Origin: a virus | Direction: 5' to 3' (one strand) | DNA length: 47,087 bases | IMG/VR virus record: IMGVR_UViG_3300033153_007398 | Span: 1 to 47,087 of that record | Shown: positions 1-8,962 of the stretch, piece by piece | Numbering within the stretch: position 1 is the stretch's first letter | How the letters are laid out: each line of letters opens with the position of its first letter | Notes under the pieces: model-generated | What the model saw: only the letters and a program-made list of their open reading frames with translations | Databases searched by the model: none | Told to the model about the DNA's origin: nothing | Position numbers and translations under genes: made by a program

Positions 1-114
1 AAATGGCAACAAAGAAACAGCATTGGGCAAAAGTCAGAAACTTTGATATATTTAAACTTAAAGGATTATTACAAAATCTTAATAGTCTAAATACACCAAA
101 TACTAAGAATGCAC
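1..114. repeat. Terminal overlap, copy 1 (identical to 46974..47087)
   Basis: Compared base by base: 114/114 identical to the last 114 nt of the window. Either a circular-assembly overlap or a direct terminal repeat. Confidence 0.95.
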
Positions 115-203
115 TTAGTTTTCAGAGTTATGCAATATGTGAATTAGAAAATTTATTAAAAGAATATAAGAAGTATAATACTTACGAAAAATGGCCAAAC
201 TAA
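3..203 (+). CDS. hypothetical protein (66 aa)
   Basis: ORF track. Its ATG is the same ATG as 46976 in the overlap copy, where AAGGAGG (46963-46969) lies 6 nt upstream. Confidence 0.5.
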   Translation: MATKKQHWAKVRNFDIFKLKGLLQNLNSLNTPNTKNALSFQSYAICELENLLKEYKKYNTYEKWPN

Positions 204-433
204 AAGACATAAAAAAGTCAATAACTGAACTGAGCTATGCTGAAGGAATGGAGTTAATAACTCAGATCAGATTTAATAGAAGACAAAGGCCTCCAGCTAA
301 AGTTAAAAAAGCTAAAGGAACTTCTACTAGAGTTAGAAAGAAGAAACAAAAAGTGGATATTCAAGATTTTGTTAATACAATGAACCCGGAAGAAAAAGCA
401 GCTTTTATTGAGAAATTGAAAGGAGTTATATAA
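191..433 (+). CDS. hypothetical lysine-rich basic protein (80 aa)
   Basis: ORF track. K/R-rich centre. The C-terminal motif QDFVNTMNPEEKAAFIEKLK resembles the C-terminus of the 39326..39766 product. Confidence 0.5.
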   Translation: MAKLKDIKKSITELSYAEGMELITQIRFNRRQRPPAKVKKAKGTSTRVRKKKQKVDIQDFVNTMNPEEKAAFIEKLKGVI

Positions 434-1780
434 GTGAGTCTAAAAACAATCCCTTTAGAACTAATTGACTTTGGTGAACGTAAACGAGAAGAATATGGTG
501 ATATTAAATCTCTTGCAAAAAATATAGAGAAAAATGGACTAATTCATCCAATAGCAGTTACTACTCATTCAGTTAAAGACTGTGAATATCTACTTGCTGC
601 AGGTGGTAGAAGACTCAAAGCAGTTACTCTACTTGGTTGGGAGTATATCGAATGTAAAGTATACGATGAACCTCTATCTGATTTCTTATTTCAATCTATT
701 GAACTCGAAGAGAATCTGCAGAGGAAAGAATTAACTGTTAGAGAAAGTGCTATGATGTATAGAGCACTTCATGAGTTATATATAAAAGAAAAAGGCGCTA
801 AAACTTCAACTGCCAAAGATGCACCAGGACATACTATGACAGATACAGCTAAAGTTTTAGGCATTGATCAATCTACATTATCCAAGAAGATTAAATTAGC
901 AAATGATATAGACACTTATGAAGAAGCCTCTGGTGGAACCCTTGATTTCACTCAGTTTAGTAATGAAGCAGACACACTAAAGTTTATTAGTAAGATAAAA
1001 ACGACTCTAATTAGAAAAGAGTTATCAGTACAAGCAGATAAAAAGATAAATAAAGGTGGTAATGTTCTTATTAACTTAAAGAAATCCTATATTCATGGAG
1101 ATTTTTTTGAAGGAGTTAAAAAATTAGATGAAGGAATTATAGATTTAGTTGAAATAGATCCTCCTTATGCTATTGATTTAACTAAAAACAAAAGGGATTA
1201 TAAATATGATGAATATAATGAAGTCGATAAAAAAGACTATTATCAATTTATGATGAATACTTTTAACGAATGTTATAGAGTTATGAAAGTTAACTCTTGG
1301 CTGATCTGTTGGCATGGAAACTCATGGCAGGAGTTAATTAAAATATGGTTAATAGATGCAGGGTTTAGTGTTTGTAGCAAAGATGGAAGTCATCAGAAAT
1401 TAGGATTATGGGTTAAGCCAAGTGGTCAAACTAACAAACCAGAATATTATTTAGGCAATGCTTATGAACAATTCTTTTATGCTTGGAAGGGGCGACCAGA
1501 GATTATGAATAAGGGGAGAAGTAATACTTTTGTATATAATCCTATACATCATAGTAAGAAGATCCACCCAACAGAGAGGCCTTTGGGTTTGATGAGAGAT
1601 ATTCTTAGTACATTCACAATGCCTCACTCAACAGTAGTGGTTCCATTCTTAGGAAGTGGGAAGACTCTTATAGCGGCCCATTTAGAGAAGATGCATCCTT
1701 TTGGTTGGGAACTTTCTCCTTCTAGGAAGGAGGATTATACTATAATGATTGATAGGATGAATGAAGATGGTGAATTATAA
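434..1780 (+). CDS. ParB-like N-terminal domain fused to a DNA methyltransferase (N6-adenine/N4-cytosine type)
   Basis: GTG start immediately after the upstream stop. ParB-box-like AAGGRRLKAV near the N-terminus. MTase motif IV EIDPPYAI and AdoMet-binding-like PFLGSGKT near the C-terminus, the motif order of beta-class amino-methyltransferases. Confidence 0.85.
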   Translation: MSLKTIPLELIDFGERKREEYGDIKSLAKNIEKNGLIHPIAVTTHSVKDCEYLLAAGGRRLKAVTLLGWEYIECKVYDEPLSDFLFQSIELEENLQRKELTVRESAMMYRALHELYIKEKGAKTSTAKDAPGHTMTDTAKVLGIDQSTLSKKIKLANDIDTYEEASGGTLDFTQFSNEADTLKFISKIKTTLIRKELSVQADKKINKGGNVLINLKKSYIHGDFFEGVKKLDEGIIDLVEIDPPYAIDLTKNKRDYKYDEYNEVDKKDYYQFMMNTFNECYRVMKVNSWLICWHGNSWQELIKIWLIDAGFSVCSKDGSHQKLGLWVKPSGQTNKPEYYLGNAYEQFFYAWKGRPEIMNKGRSNTFVYNPIHHSKKIHPTERPLGLMRDILSTFTMPHSTVVVPFLGSGKTLIAAHLEKMHPFGWELSPSRKEDYTIMIDRMNEDGEL

Positions 1781-2049
1781 TGGATCTTAATTTAATAAGT
1801 TGTTTAAATTGCGGAAGTCCTATACTTGCTCCTAACAAAGATATTGAAGTACAAATCCCAACACTTTATTATAGATGTGATAATTGTAAATCTCAAGGAG
1901 TTATAGAAGGTATTTGTATAGGTCTTAAAGGTAAGCATTTAATTAAGACCTTTTATTTAACATCTAAAAAGGATAGTAATAATGACTCTAAAGAGGCACA
2001 AACTTATATAAGAAAGTGTTTAAGTAAGAATAGTAAGTATAAACAATGA
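1780..2049 (+). CDS. small zinc-ribbon protein (89 aa)
   Basis: ATGA start/stop overlap with the upstream gene. CLNC...CDNC cysteine pairs. The codons for YIRKCLSKN near its 3' end fall in the 31-nt repeat 2003-2033, an exact copy of a polymerase segment. Confidence 0.55.
   Translation: MDLNLISCLNCGSPILAPNKDIEVQIPTLYYRCDNCKSQGVIEGICIGLKGKHLIKTFYLTSKKDSNNDSKEAQTYIRKCLSKNSKYKQ
2003..2033 (+). repeat. 31-bp exact direct repeat, copy 1 (3' end of the 1780 gene)
   Basis: cttatataagaaagtgtttaagtaagaatag is identical to 5456-5486. The two copies are in the same reading frame. Confidence 0.9.
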
Positions 2050-2061
2050 AAGGAATAAAAA

Positions 2062-2673
2062 ATGGAACTATTTTTCGACACCGAGACAAGTGGATTTCCA
2101 ACAACTAAATACAATTCAACTGATCCGAAACAAGCATGGATTGTTCAACTAGGTTTTGTCTTATCAACCAAAGATAAGATCTATGCTGAATACTCTGCAC
2201 TAGCTTATCCTGATAGTAGTAATGGTGAGAGATCAATCCATTATAAAGCATTTGAACAACACGGTTTTACTATTGAGGATTGTATGCTTGCTGGAGTTAG
2301 TGAAGAGTTAATATCTAAATATTTTGATAGATTCATAAATAACTGCACATTAATAGTAGCTCATAACTATGACTTTGATACCAAAATGGTTGACTTATTA
2401 TTTAGAAGAGTTGGTTATGCTTTATCGAATCAAAACTTTATTGAAAAGCCTCATATATGTACTATGAAGAATGATATTATAAAGGATTATGCTCAAATAC
2501 CTTACAAACCAGATAAAAATGGAAGAACTAGAAATGGTTGGAAATGGCCAAAGTTAGAAGAACTCTATATGAGATTATTTGGTGAAGAGATTATAGATAG
2601 CCACACTGCGCTTAGTGATGCAAGGGCTACAAGAAGATGTTATTATGAGTTAGTTGAGAGAGGAGTTTTATGA
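2062..2673 (+). CDS. DnaQ-like DEDDh 3'-5' exonuclease
   Basis: Exo I FFDTETSG, Exo II VAHNYDFD and Exo III HTALSDARAT motifs in canonical order. SD AAAGGAA upstream. Confidence 0.85.
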   Translation: MELFFDTETSGFPTTKYNSTDPKQAWIVQLGFVLSTKDKIYAEYSALAYPDSSNGERSIHYKAFEQHGFTIEDCMLAGVSEELISKYFDRFINNCTLIVAHNYDFDTKMVDLLFRRVGYALSNQNFIEKPHICTMKNDIIKDYAQIPYKPDKNGRTRNGWKWPKLEELYMRLFGEEIIDSHTALSDARATRRCYYELVERGVL

Positions 2674-2966
2674 TGGATATTAAAACTATGGCAGAAATAG
2701 TACACAAGAATGCAGTAGATCATGGTTGGTGGGAAGAGAATAGACCAGTTCCAGAACTATTATGTTTAATCCATAGTGAAGTTTCTGAAGCTTTGGAAGC
2801 ATATAGAGTTAGTGATAATGCTAACTTAGCAGAAGAACTAGCTGATATAGTTATTAGAGTCTTTGATATGGCTGAAGGTTTAAAGATTAATATAGAGGAT
2901 GAGATTCTAAAAAAACATAAGTTCAATTTAACTAGACCACATAGACATAATGATAAGAAGTGTTAA
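2670..2966 (+). CDS. MazG-like nucleoside triphosphate pyrophosphohydrolase
   Basis: 98 aa. EVSEALEA and EELADIVIRVFDMAE helices are typical of the all-alpha MazG/NTP-PPase fold. ATGA overlap with the upstream gene. Confidence 0.7.
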   Translation: MMDIKTMAEIVHKNAVDHGWWEENRPVPELLCLIHSEVSEALEAYRVSDNANLAEELADIVIRVFDMAEGLKINIEDEILKKHKFNLTRPHRHNDKKC

Positions 2967-2981
2967 AAGGAGTTTATAATT

Positions 2982-3245
2982 ATGGAAACAGACCATTGGA
3001 GTATAAATAATATAGAAGATTTCTGCACTCGATTAAAAGTTGATAAGGATCATGATGTAATTATCTATGATCCATATATAATAAGTACTGAAGATTTAAA
3101 GGCTTTAGGAATTAAAAATTTAGTGCGGATTAGAAGACCTGGTTGGGGATTAGGAAAAGTTTCTGGCTATATTGAAAAGCTTAAATATAGAGACCTAGAA
3201 AAATTTTTTGAATCTAATTATATTAATCTTGTGGAAAAGGATTAA
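2982..3245 (+). CDS. hypothetical protein (87 aa)
   Basis: ORF track. SD AAAGGAG upstream. Confidence 0.5.
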   Translation: METDHWSINNIEDFCTRLKVDKDHDVIIYDPYIISTEDLKALGIKNLVRIRRPGWGLGKVSGYIEKLKYRDLEKFFESNYINLVEKD

Positions 3246-3250
3246 GATTT

Positions 3251-3460
3251 ATGGAAATATCCAAAACAGATATATTTTTAGTTAATGTTGAGGATAGAAT
3301 AGCTGCTTCTTTGATGAGAAAACTTCGTAAACATCATCCAAAACCCGGAGCAATTATACCTTTAACTAATGAAGAGTTTGAACTTTTTAAAAAGGGTTGT
3401 ATTGCTATAAGAACTCCTAATTTATGTTCTAATTGTATTAACTTTAAGGAAAAAGAATGA
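3251..3460 (+). CDS. hypothetical protein (69 aa)
   Basis: ORF track. Tightly packed in the operon; its stop overlaps the polymerase start. Confidence 0.5.
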   Translation: MEISKTDIFLVNVEDRIAASLMRKLRKHHPKPGAIIPLTNEEFELFKKGCIAIRTPNLCSNCINFKEKE

Positions 3461-5943
3461 GAGCAACCTATGTTCGACCATCAGGCTCATTTAATAGTAA
3501 AATAGCTATAGTAGGTGAACAACCAGGTAAGATGGAAGTTAAGATAGGTATACCTTTTAGAGGTCCTGCTGGCCAAGAGCTAAGAGATAACCTAAGAATA
3601 GCCTCCATAATATCCGATGATTGTTATTTTACTAATGTTATAAAAGATTTAGATAAACCTTTGAGTAGTTATATAACTTATAATAAAGGTAGAATAACTG
3701 TTCAACCTGAAGGCCAAGAATATATAGATGAACTCCAAAATGAACTAAAGAACTTTAAAGGTATCATTGTACCTTGTGGATGGGCTGCTCTTTATGCTTT
3801 ATGCAACAGGACTGGGATTAATAAGTGGAGAGGCTCTATCATTGAATCAACATTATGCCCAGAAGTAATATGTGTCCCATGTCTTCATCCAGCTACAGTA
3901 ATTCCACCAAAGAATCAATTCCTCAATAGAATATTAATTCAATATGATTTGGCTAAAGCTAAAAGAATATCTGAACAAGGGTTTAGGCCACCTAGATTAG
4001 ATCTAAGAGTAGCTCACACTGCAACACAAGCAATTGAATTTATCGCAGATTGTCATTATAGAGGAAAAAGAGGTGCAATAATTTGGTTTGATATCGAAAC
4101 TCCTATTTCTAATATTGGTAAAGAAGTTCTATGCTTTGCTTTAGGTTATAATCTAGAGACTGCTTTATGTGTTCCATTAGTTAGTTATAGAGGAGATTAT
4201 TTTAGTCCAGAAGATGAGTATAAAATAACAATTAGATTAGCTTCACTATTGGAGGATGAGGATGTTAGGATAGGTGGGCAAAATCTAATATTTGATACTA
4301 ACTTTATGTTTCGTAAATATGGAATAAGAATAGAGAATGGTCTTAAACTTCATGATACTATGATCGCCCAACAAATAATGCTCCAAGACTTCCCAAAAGG
4401 CTTAGACTTTATAACTTCTATCCAAACTGATTTCCCTTATTACAAACAAGAAGGGAAAGATTTTATGAAGAGCGGGGGTAGTTGGGAAAACTTCTGGAAA
4501 TATAATGCTATGGATATTGTAGCTCCAGCAACAGCATTTAAAAAGCAAAGGGCTCAATTAATTAAGCAAAACAATTTAGAAACATATGATCGCCAAAGGA
4601 AACTCTTACCTATTCTTAACTATATGATGGAGCGTGGGATCGAAGTAGATGTTGAAGGTATGAAAGCTGAGAGTATCCAACTTAGTAAGGATATAGATAT
4701 TAATCAAGTTGAGTTAGATAAAATAGTTGGCCGCCCAATGAACGTTGCTTCCCATAAACAAATGACAACTTATTTTTATATAGACAAGGGTGTTAAACCT
4801 TATAAATCGAAGGGAAAAATTAGCTGTGATGATACTGTGCTTAAACGCTTGATAAGACGAGGTTTTAAAGAAGCTCAAGTTGCCCAAACTATTCGGAAAT
4901 TACAAAAATTAAAGGGGACTTACTTACCATTAGATGACGAAGGTAATTTAACTAAAGTTGATTCAGATGGAAGAATGAGATGTTCTTATAACCCAGTCGG
5001 TACAAAGTTTAGTAGATTATCTTCAGCTAAAACTATCTTCGACACCGGCATGGATATGCAGAATTGGCCCCATAAGCAATTAAGACACTTCAAAGCAGAT
5101 GATGGTTATGTTATATACACTATTGATGAAGCTCAAGCAGAGAATAGAATAGTTGCGTATGCCGGCCAAGTCCGCCCAATGATAGATGCGTTTGAAAGTG
5201 GCCAAGACGTACACATGTTGACTGCTGCACTCATATACCAAAAACCAGTAGAGGAAATTTCTAGAGGGGCTGGAACATCTAGAATCAATCCTGAAAAGAG
5301 CGAGCGCGATGATGGTAAAGCTGCTAATCATGGATTCAATTATGACTGGGGATACAAAGCATTTGCATTAAAGCATGAGATTCCAGAACGCCAAGGGAAG
5401 TTTATATATGAAGGATACCATTCTGTTTATCCAGGTGTTAAGCAATTCTATCACCCTTATATAAGAAAGTGTTTAAGTAAGAATAGAATGATAACTAATT
5501 TAATGGGAAGAAATACATTATTTTTAGATAGGTGGGGTGATAAGTTATTTAAAAGTGCGTATAGTTGCATCCCTCAAGGAACAGTTGGTGATGTAATTAA
5601 TGAGAGGGGGTTAGAGTTTATTTGGTATAATGAAGATAAATTGTTTGATTCCGTTGAGATATTAATACAAGTACATGACTCAATAGGATTTCAAATCCCT
5701 TTATCAATTCCACTAAAACAACATGCTAAGATTATTCTCAAGATAAGAGATTCATTAGAACAACCACTTAAGATCCACGGGCAAACTTTTGTAATTCCAA
5801 TTGACTTAACGATTGGGTTTAACTTATATAAAGAAGATTGTAAGGAGATTAAATGGAAGAGTTTTCCAACCGAGGTTGATGAGTTGGCAATTAAACTTGA
5901 TAATATTATAGAAGGATTAAAAGATGAATTGGTTAAAGAATAA
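3457..5943 (+). CDS. Family-A DNA polymerase with an N-terminal uracil-DNA-glycosylase-like domain and a 3'-5' exonuclease domain
   Basis: N-terminus carries UDG family-4-like motifs: VGEQPG, GIPFRGPAGQEL and CLHPATV. Exo motifs follow: FDIET, GQNLIFDTNFM and YNAMDIV. Pol motifs follow: DEAQAENR-like motif A region, RDDGKAANHGFNYDWG (motif B-like) and QVHDSI (motif C). Confidence 0.9.
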   Translation: MRATYVRPSGSFNSKIAIVGEQPGKMEVKIGIPFRGPAGQELRDNLRIASIISDDCYFTNVIKDLDKPLSSYITYNKGRITVQPEGQEYIDELQNELKNFKGIIVPCGWAALYALCNRTGINKWRGSIIESTLCPEVICVPCLHPATVIPPKNQFLNRILIQYDLAKAKRISEQGFRPPRLDLRVAHTATQAIEFIADCHYRGKRGAIIWFDIETPISNIGKEVLCFALGYNLETALCVPLVSYRGDYFSPEDEYKITIRLASLLEDEDVRIGGQNLIFDTNFMFRKYGIRIENGLKLHDTMIAQQIMLQDFPKGLDFITSIQTDFPYYKQEGKDFMKSGGSWENFWKYNAMDIVAPATAFKKQRAQLIKQNNLETYDRQRKLLPILNYMMERGIEVDVEGMKAESIQLSKDIDINQVELDKIVGRPMNVASHKQMTTYFYIDKGVKPYKSKGKISCDDTVLKRLIRRGFKEAQVAQTIRKLQKLKGTYLPLDDEGNLTKVDSDGRMRCSYNPVGTKFSRLSSAKTIFDTGMDMQNWPHKQLRHFKADDGYVIYTIDEAQAENRIVAYAGQVRPMIDAFESGQDVHMLTAALIYQKPVEEISRGAGTSRINPEKSERDDGKAANHGFNYDWGYKAFALKHEIPERQGKFIYEGYHSVYPGVKQFYHPYIRKCLSKNRMITNLMGRNTLFLDRWGDKLFKSAYSCIPQGTVGDVINERGLEFIWYNEDKLFDSVEILIQVHDSIGFQIPLSIPLKQHAKIILKIRDSLEQPLKIHGQTFVIPIDLTIGFNLYKEDCKEIKWKSFPTEVDELAIKLDNIIEGLKDELVKE
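5456..5486 (+). repeat. 31-bp exact direct repeat, copy 2 (inside the DNA polymerase gene)
   Basis: Identical to 2003-2033. Encodes YIRKCLSKN in the polymerase palm/fingers region. Confidence 0.9.
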
Positions 5944-6229
5944 GCTTAAAAGTTGGTTAGGAATAACTTGGACTGAGAATAGTATAGATAGACTTAATGA
6001 TCTATATAAAAACTTAGTAGGGATAGGCATAGATGCTCATGTTAAAAGTGATAGTATGATTATAATATTTTCAAAGTTAAGGGGTGGGCAAGTAAGGCAA
6101 ATTGAAGCAAAATTTAAAAATCTTAGGGAATTAGATGAACTTGCCAGAACTTTGAAAACTCAATATTATACAGATAGAATATGGTCAGATATACCTTATA
6201 ATTGTAGAGATGCTTTTAGAAATTTATAA
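5924..6229 (+). CDS. hypothetical protein (101 aa)
   Basis: ORF track. Overlaps the polymerase 3' end by 20 nt; AAGGA upstream. Confidence 0.5.
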   Translation: MNWLKNKLKSWLGITWTENSIDRLNDLYKNLVGIGIDAHVKSDSMIIIFSKLRGGQVRQIEAKFKNLRELDELARTLKTQYYTDRIWSDIPYNCRDAFRNL

Positions 6230-6234
6230 TAAAG

Positions 6235-6387
6235 ATGAAAATAATCAATTGTAAATGTGGAAGATCAACTAAAGATCCTAAAGTAGTCATAGAGAATGGT
6301 CGAAGAATTCTTCGATGTAAGTCTTGCAATGCTTATATTGGATGTAGTCATAAAACTAAAATTATAAAAAGGAGGTTGAGGAAATGA
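6235..6387 (+). CDS. small zinc-ribbon protein (50 aa; below the ORF-track size cut-off)
   Basis: Hand translation gives MKIINCKCGRSTKDPKVVIENGRRILRCKSCNAYIGCSHKTKIIKRRLRK. Two Cys pairs (CKC...CKSC). ATGA overlap with the next gene. Confidence 0.4.
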   Translation: MKIINCKCGRSTKDPKVVIENGRRILRCKSCNAYIGCSHKTKIIKRRLRK

Positions 6388-6632
6388 GTAAGTTTAGTGA
6401 AGAATTAATTAATCATTTGAACGCTTCATGGTCTACTCAAGAAGATTCAAATATATTAAGGGCTGCTATCATAGAATTAGATAAAAGGCTAGAAACTTAT
6501 GAAAGTAATTTAGAGTTGATAGTAACTATAGTTGGAAATGTTGTTAATAAAAAAGTTAAAACTGAGACATCTTCAGATGGTCTTTGTAACTGTGATCTAA
6601 GTGGTAGACCTCGATCAATGGACTTCAAATAA
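6384..6632 (+). CDS. hypothetical protein (82 aa)
   Basis: ORF track. SD AAAGGAGG upstream. Confidence 0.5.
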   Translation: MSKFSEELINHLNASWSTQEDSNILRAAIIELDKRLETYESNLELIVTIVGNVVNKKVKTETSSDGLCNCDLSGRPRSMDFK

Positions 6633-6648
6633 AATTAGGAGAATAATA

Positions 6649-6888
6649 ATGAGTGAAAAGAAAGCTAAAGAAGAAAGAACGAAACCTAAGTTAATGTTTA
6701 CTATGACCCTAAGTGCGTATGAAGATGGGCGTTTAGATGTAGAGAATGCTCCATTAGATCCTATATTTGCAATAGATATGTTAAATAGAGGACTTGCCGC
6801 TATTATAAAAAGGACTTATGATCAAGTCAGAGCTGCCCATAATAATCAGAAGATGAAAAATGAAAGTAGAATTATTATTCCATCATGA
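6649..6888 (+). CDS. hypothetical protein (79 aa)
   Basis: ORF track frame 6601..6888. I prefer the internal ATG at 6649, preceded by TTAGGAGAATAATA, the typical RBS context of this genome. Confidence 0.5.
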   Translation: MSEKKAKEERTKPKLMFTMTLSAYEDGRLDVENAPLDPIFAIDMLNRGLAAIIKRTYDQVRAAHNNQKMKNESRIIIPS

Positions 6889-6909
6889 TTATTATATAAA
6901 AAGGTTCTT

Positions 6910-7128
6910 ATGAGAATAGTATATTTAATTGGTAACAGATTTAAAATAGTAAGATCTTTATACTATAAATTAAGTGGACACCGTTGGTTATGGGGGATTA
7001 GAGGCTTTTTAGATGACTATATGATAACAGATCCACACCAATGTACAATAGATGACTTAATACCACTAAGTGAAAGAACTAACAAAAGGGATAATAATGA
7101 GCAAGCGGATACTGGAGGATTGGGTTGA
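6910..7128 (+). CDS. hypothetical protein (72 aa), doubtful
   Basis: ORF track only. Weak RBS. Overlaps the next gene start. Confidence 0.25.
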   Translation: MRIVYLIGNRFKIVRSLYYKLSGHRWLWGIRGFLDDYMITDPHQCTIDDLIPLSERTNKRDNNEQADTGGLG

Positions 7129-8323
7129 TGGATATCTTGAACTTACCGAAAATAGTGAACCCCCAGTTACATTTAAACTATGGTCAGCGATTGCAGCAAT
7201 TGCATCAGTACTTCAACGAAAGTGTAGACTTGACTGGGGATCTCTCACTTTCTACCCGAATATGTACATTGTTTTAGTCGGCCCTCCTGCAACAAGAAAA
7301 GGAACTGCAATTAAACCAATGCAGGACATGATTGAAGATATTGGTATCAAGCTTAGTGCTGAGGCTACAACTAGAGAATCCCTTATACGGACTCTCAAAG
7401 AAGCAAACGAAGAATATTATGAAGAAGGTAAACAAATCCCTAAATTCCATAGTTCACTTACAGTAATCGCCCCTGAGCTCACCTCATTCTTGGGATTTAA
7501 TAACCTTCAATTCTTAAGTGATCTAGCCGACTGGTTTGATTGTAGGGAGCGTTGGACTTATAGAACAAAGGGAAAAGGGGAGGATATTATAATTGGATTA
7601 TTTGTTAATCTATTTGGTGGAACTACTCCAGAATTAATAAAATCTAGCCTTCCTTTAGAAGCAATTGGTAGTGGACTTTCTTCAAGAATAATATTTGTCT
7701 ATGAGGAGAAGAAGGGGAAAGTTGTTCCATGCCCTTTTTATAGTGATGTTCAATTAGTATTAAAAGAAGATCTATATAGTGATCTTCAACAGATACATCT
7801 AATGCGAGGAGTTTTTCAGGTAAGTAGTAAATTTGTAAATAATTGGATTGACTGGTATACATTACAGTCTAATAATCCACCATTTCAAGATCCTAAGTTT
7901 GCAGGATATTGTGAAAGAAGAGGACTTCATACTATGAAACTTTGCATGATCCTTTCGGCTAGTCGATCAAGCAATATGTTAATAACTCATGATGATTTAG
8001 ATCGGGCAATTAAGATACTTCAATTGACTGAGAGGAAAATGAGTTATACTTTTAGAGGATTGGGCAAAGATCCTCAAGCTGAAACAGTTAACAATGTTAT
8101 GAAGACAATTGCTATGGCAGGGAAGAATGGGATTACTTTTAGTAAGCTCCAAGAGATTCATTTGAGTGATGCTAGTAAATGGCATCTAGAGAAAATTTTA
8201 GAGACTTTAAATGCTATGAAATGGTTAGTCGGTTTAGCTAAAGGGAATGAGACAGTTTATATGATGAAGAAACTTTGGGATAAGATGAAAGAGGAAGATG
8301 ATAATGTTTCTAAAAACTTATAG
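7097..8323 (+). CDS. P-loop NTPase, DUF3987/VirE-like putative replicative helicase
   Basis: Walker A-like VLVGPPATRKGT preceded by a hydrophobic WSAIAAIASVL segment, and a Walker B-like RIIFVYEE, as in primase-associated helicase domains. Start moved to the ATG at 7097 (AAAAGGGA upstream). No primase domain seen. Confidence 0.6.
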   Translation: MSKRILEDWVDGYLELTENSEPPVTFKLWSAIAAIASVLQRKCRLDWGSLTFYPNMYIVLVGPPATRKGTAIKPMQDMIEDIGIKLSAEATTRESLIRTLKEANEEYYEEGKQIPKFHSSLTVIAPELTSFLGFNNLQFLSDLADWFDCRERWTYRTKGKGEDIIIGLFVNLFGGTTPELIKSSLPLEAIGSGLSSRIIFVYEEKKGKVVPCPFYSDVQLVLKEDLYSDLQQIHLMRGVFQVSSKFVNNWIDWYTLQSNNPPFQDPKFAGYCERRGLHTMKLCMILSASRSSNMLITHDDLDRAIKILQLTERKMSYTFRGLGKDPQAETVNNVMKTIAMAGKNGITFSKLQEIHLSDASKWHLEKILETLNAMKWLVGLAKGNETVYMMKKLWDKMKEEDDNVSKNL

Positions 8324-8546
8324 TGATCAAGTTGAAAATATTAAAAATACAATTAAATCCGCTGTTGAAAGTAGAGATATTAGATTAACAAATGTTAAAG
8401 CACCCTTTGAACCAAGATATAAATTTTTTATGAATTTTAAATATTGTAAAATATTTGTACATGCTTCTGGAGTATTAGGTATTAAACCTACAAAAAGAAC
8501 CTATCAAAGAGAGTGCCCTCACTGTAGTAATATGATTGATATCTAA
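8298..8546 (+). CDS. hypothetical protein (82 aa)
   Basis: ORF track. Overlaps the end of the upstream gene. Confidence 0.45.
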   Translation: MIMFLKTYSDQVENIKNTIKSAVESRDIRLTNVKAPFEPRYKFFMNFKYCKIFVHASGVLGIKPTKRTYQRECPHCSNMIDI

Positions 8547-8553
8547 TTAATAT

Positions 8554-8580
8554 AACTATCATGATTAATTCATAATAGTT
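8554..8580. repeat. 27-nt palindromic element, copy 1
   Basis: aactatcatgattaattcataatagtt. Lies between the stop at 8546 and the SD of the 8603 gene. Confidence 0.8.
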
Positions 8581-8602
8581 TAATTTATAAGGAGAAATAT
8601 AA

Positions 8603-8947
8603 GTGAAAAAACTAACTGGCTTAATCCATAGCCTATATTGTTACGAAGACCATAATATAGATATGGAAAATGTAAACAATAATAAAGATAAATGTACTTT
8701 CTTTTTAGAGAATAGTTTAGAAGGCACTTGGAATCGCCCAGCACATAAGAAATGGTTGGAGAAAGTTACTAACTTAGTTAATAGTTTAGATCTAACTAAA
8801 GATGAATCAGAAGAGTTTGTGCTAAAAGCTATTCGACTTGTTGGCCCACTCCAACATCTTATAATGACTGATGATAGTGAAGCTATGGAGAATAGATGTA
8901 AGTTCATAGCTGGCTTATTAAATCCTCATGAAATGAAGTTAAGTTGA
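8603..8947 (+). CDS. hypothetical protein (114 aa)
   Basis: ORF track. GTG start 8 nt after AAGGAG. Confidence 0.5.
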   Translation: MKKLTGLIHSLYCYEDHNIDMENVNNNKDKCTFFLENSLEGTWNRPAHKKWLEKVTNLVNSLDLTKDESEEFVLKAIRLVGPLQHLIMTDDSEAMENRCKFIAGLLNPHEMKLS

Positions 8948-8962
8948 ACGCTTATTAAATGT

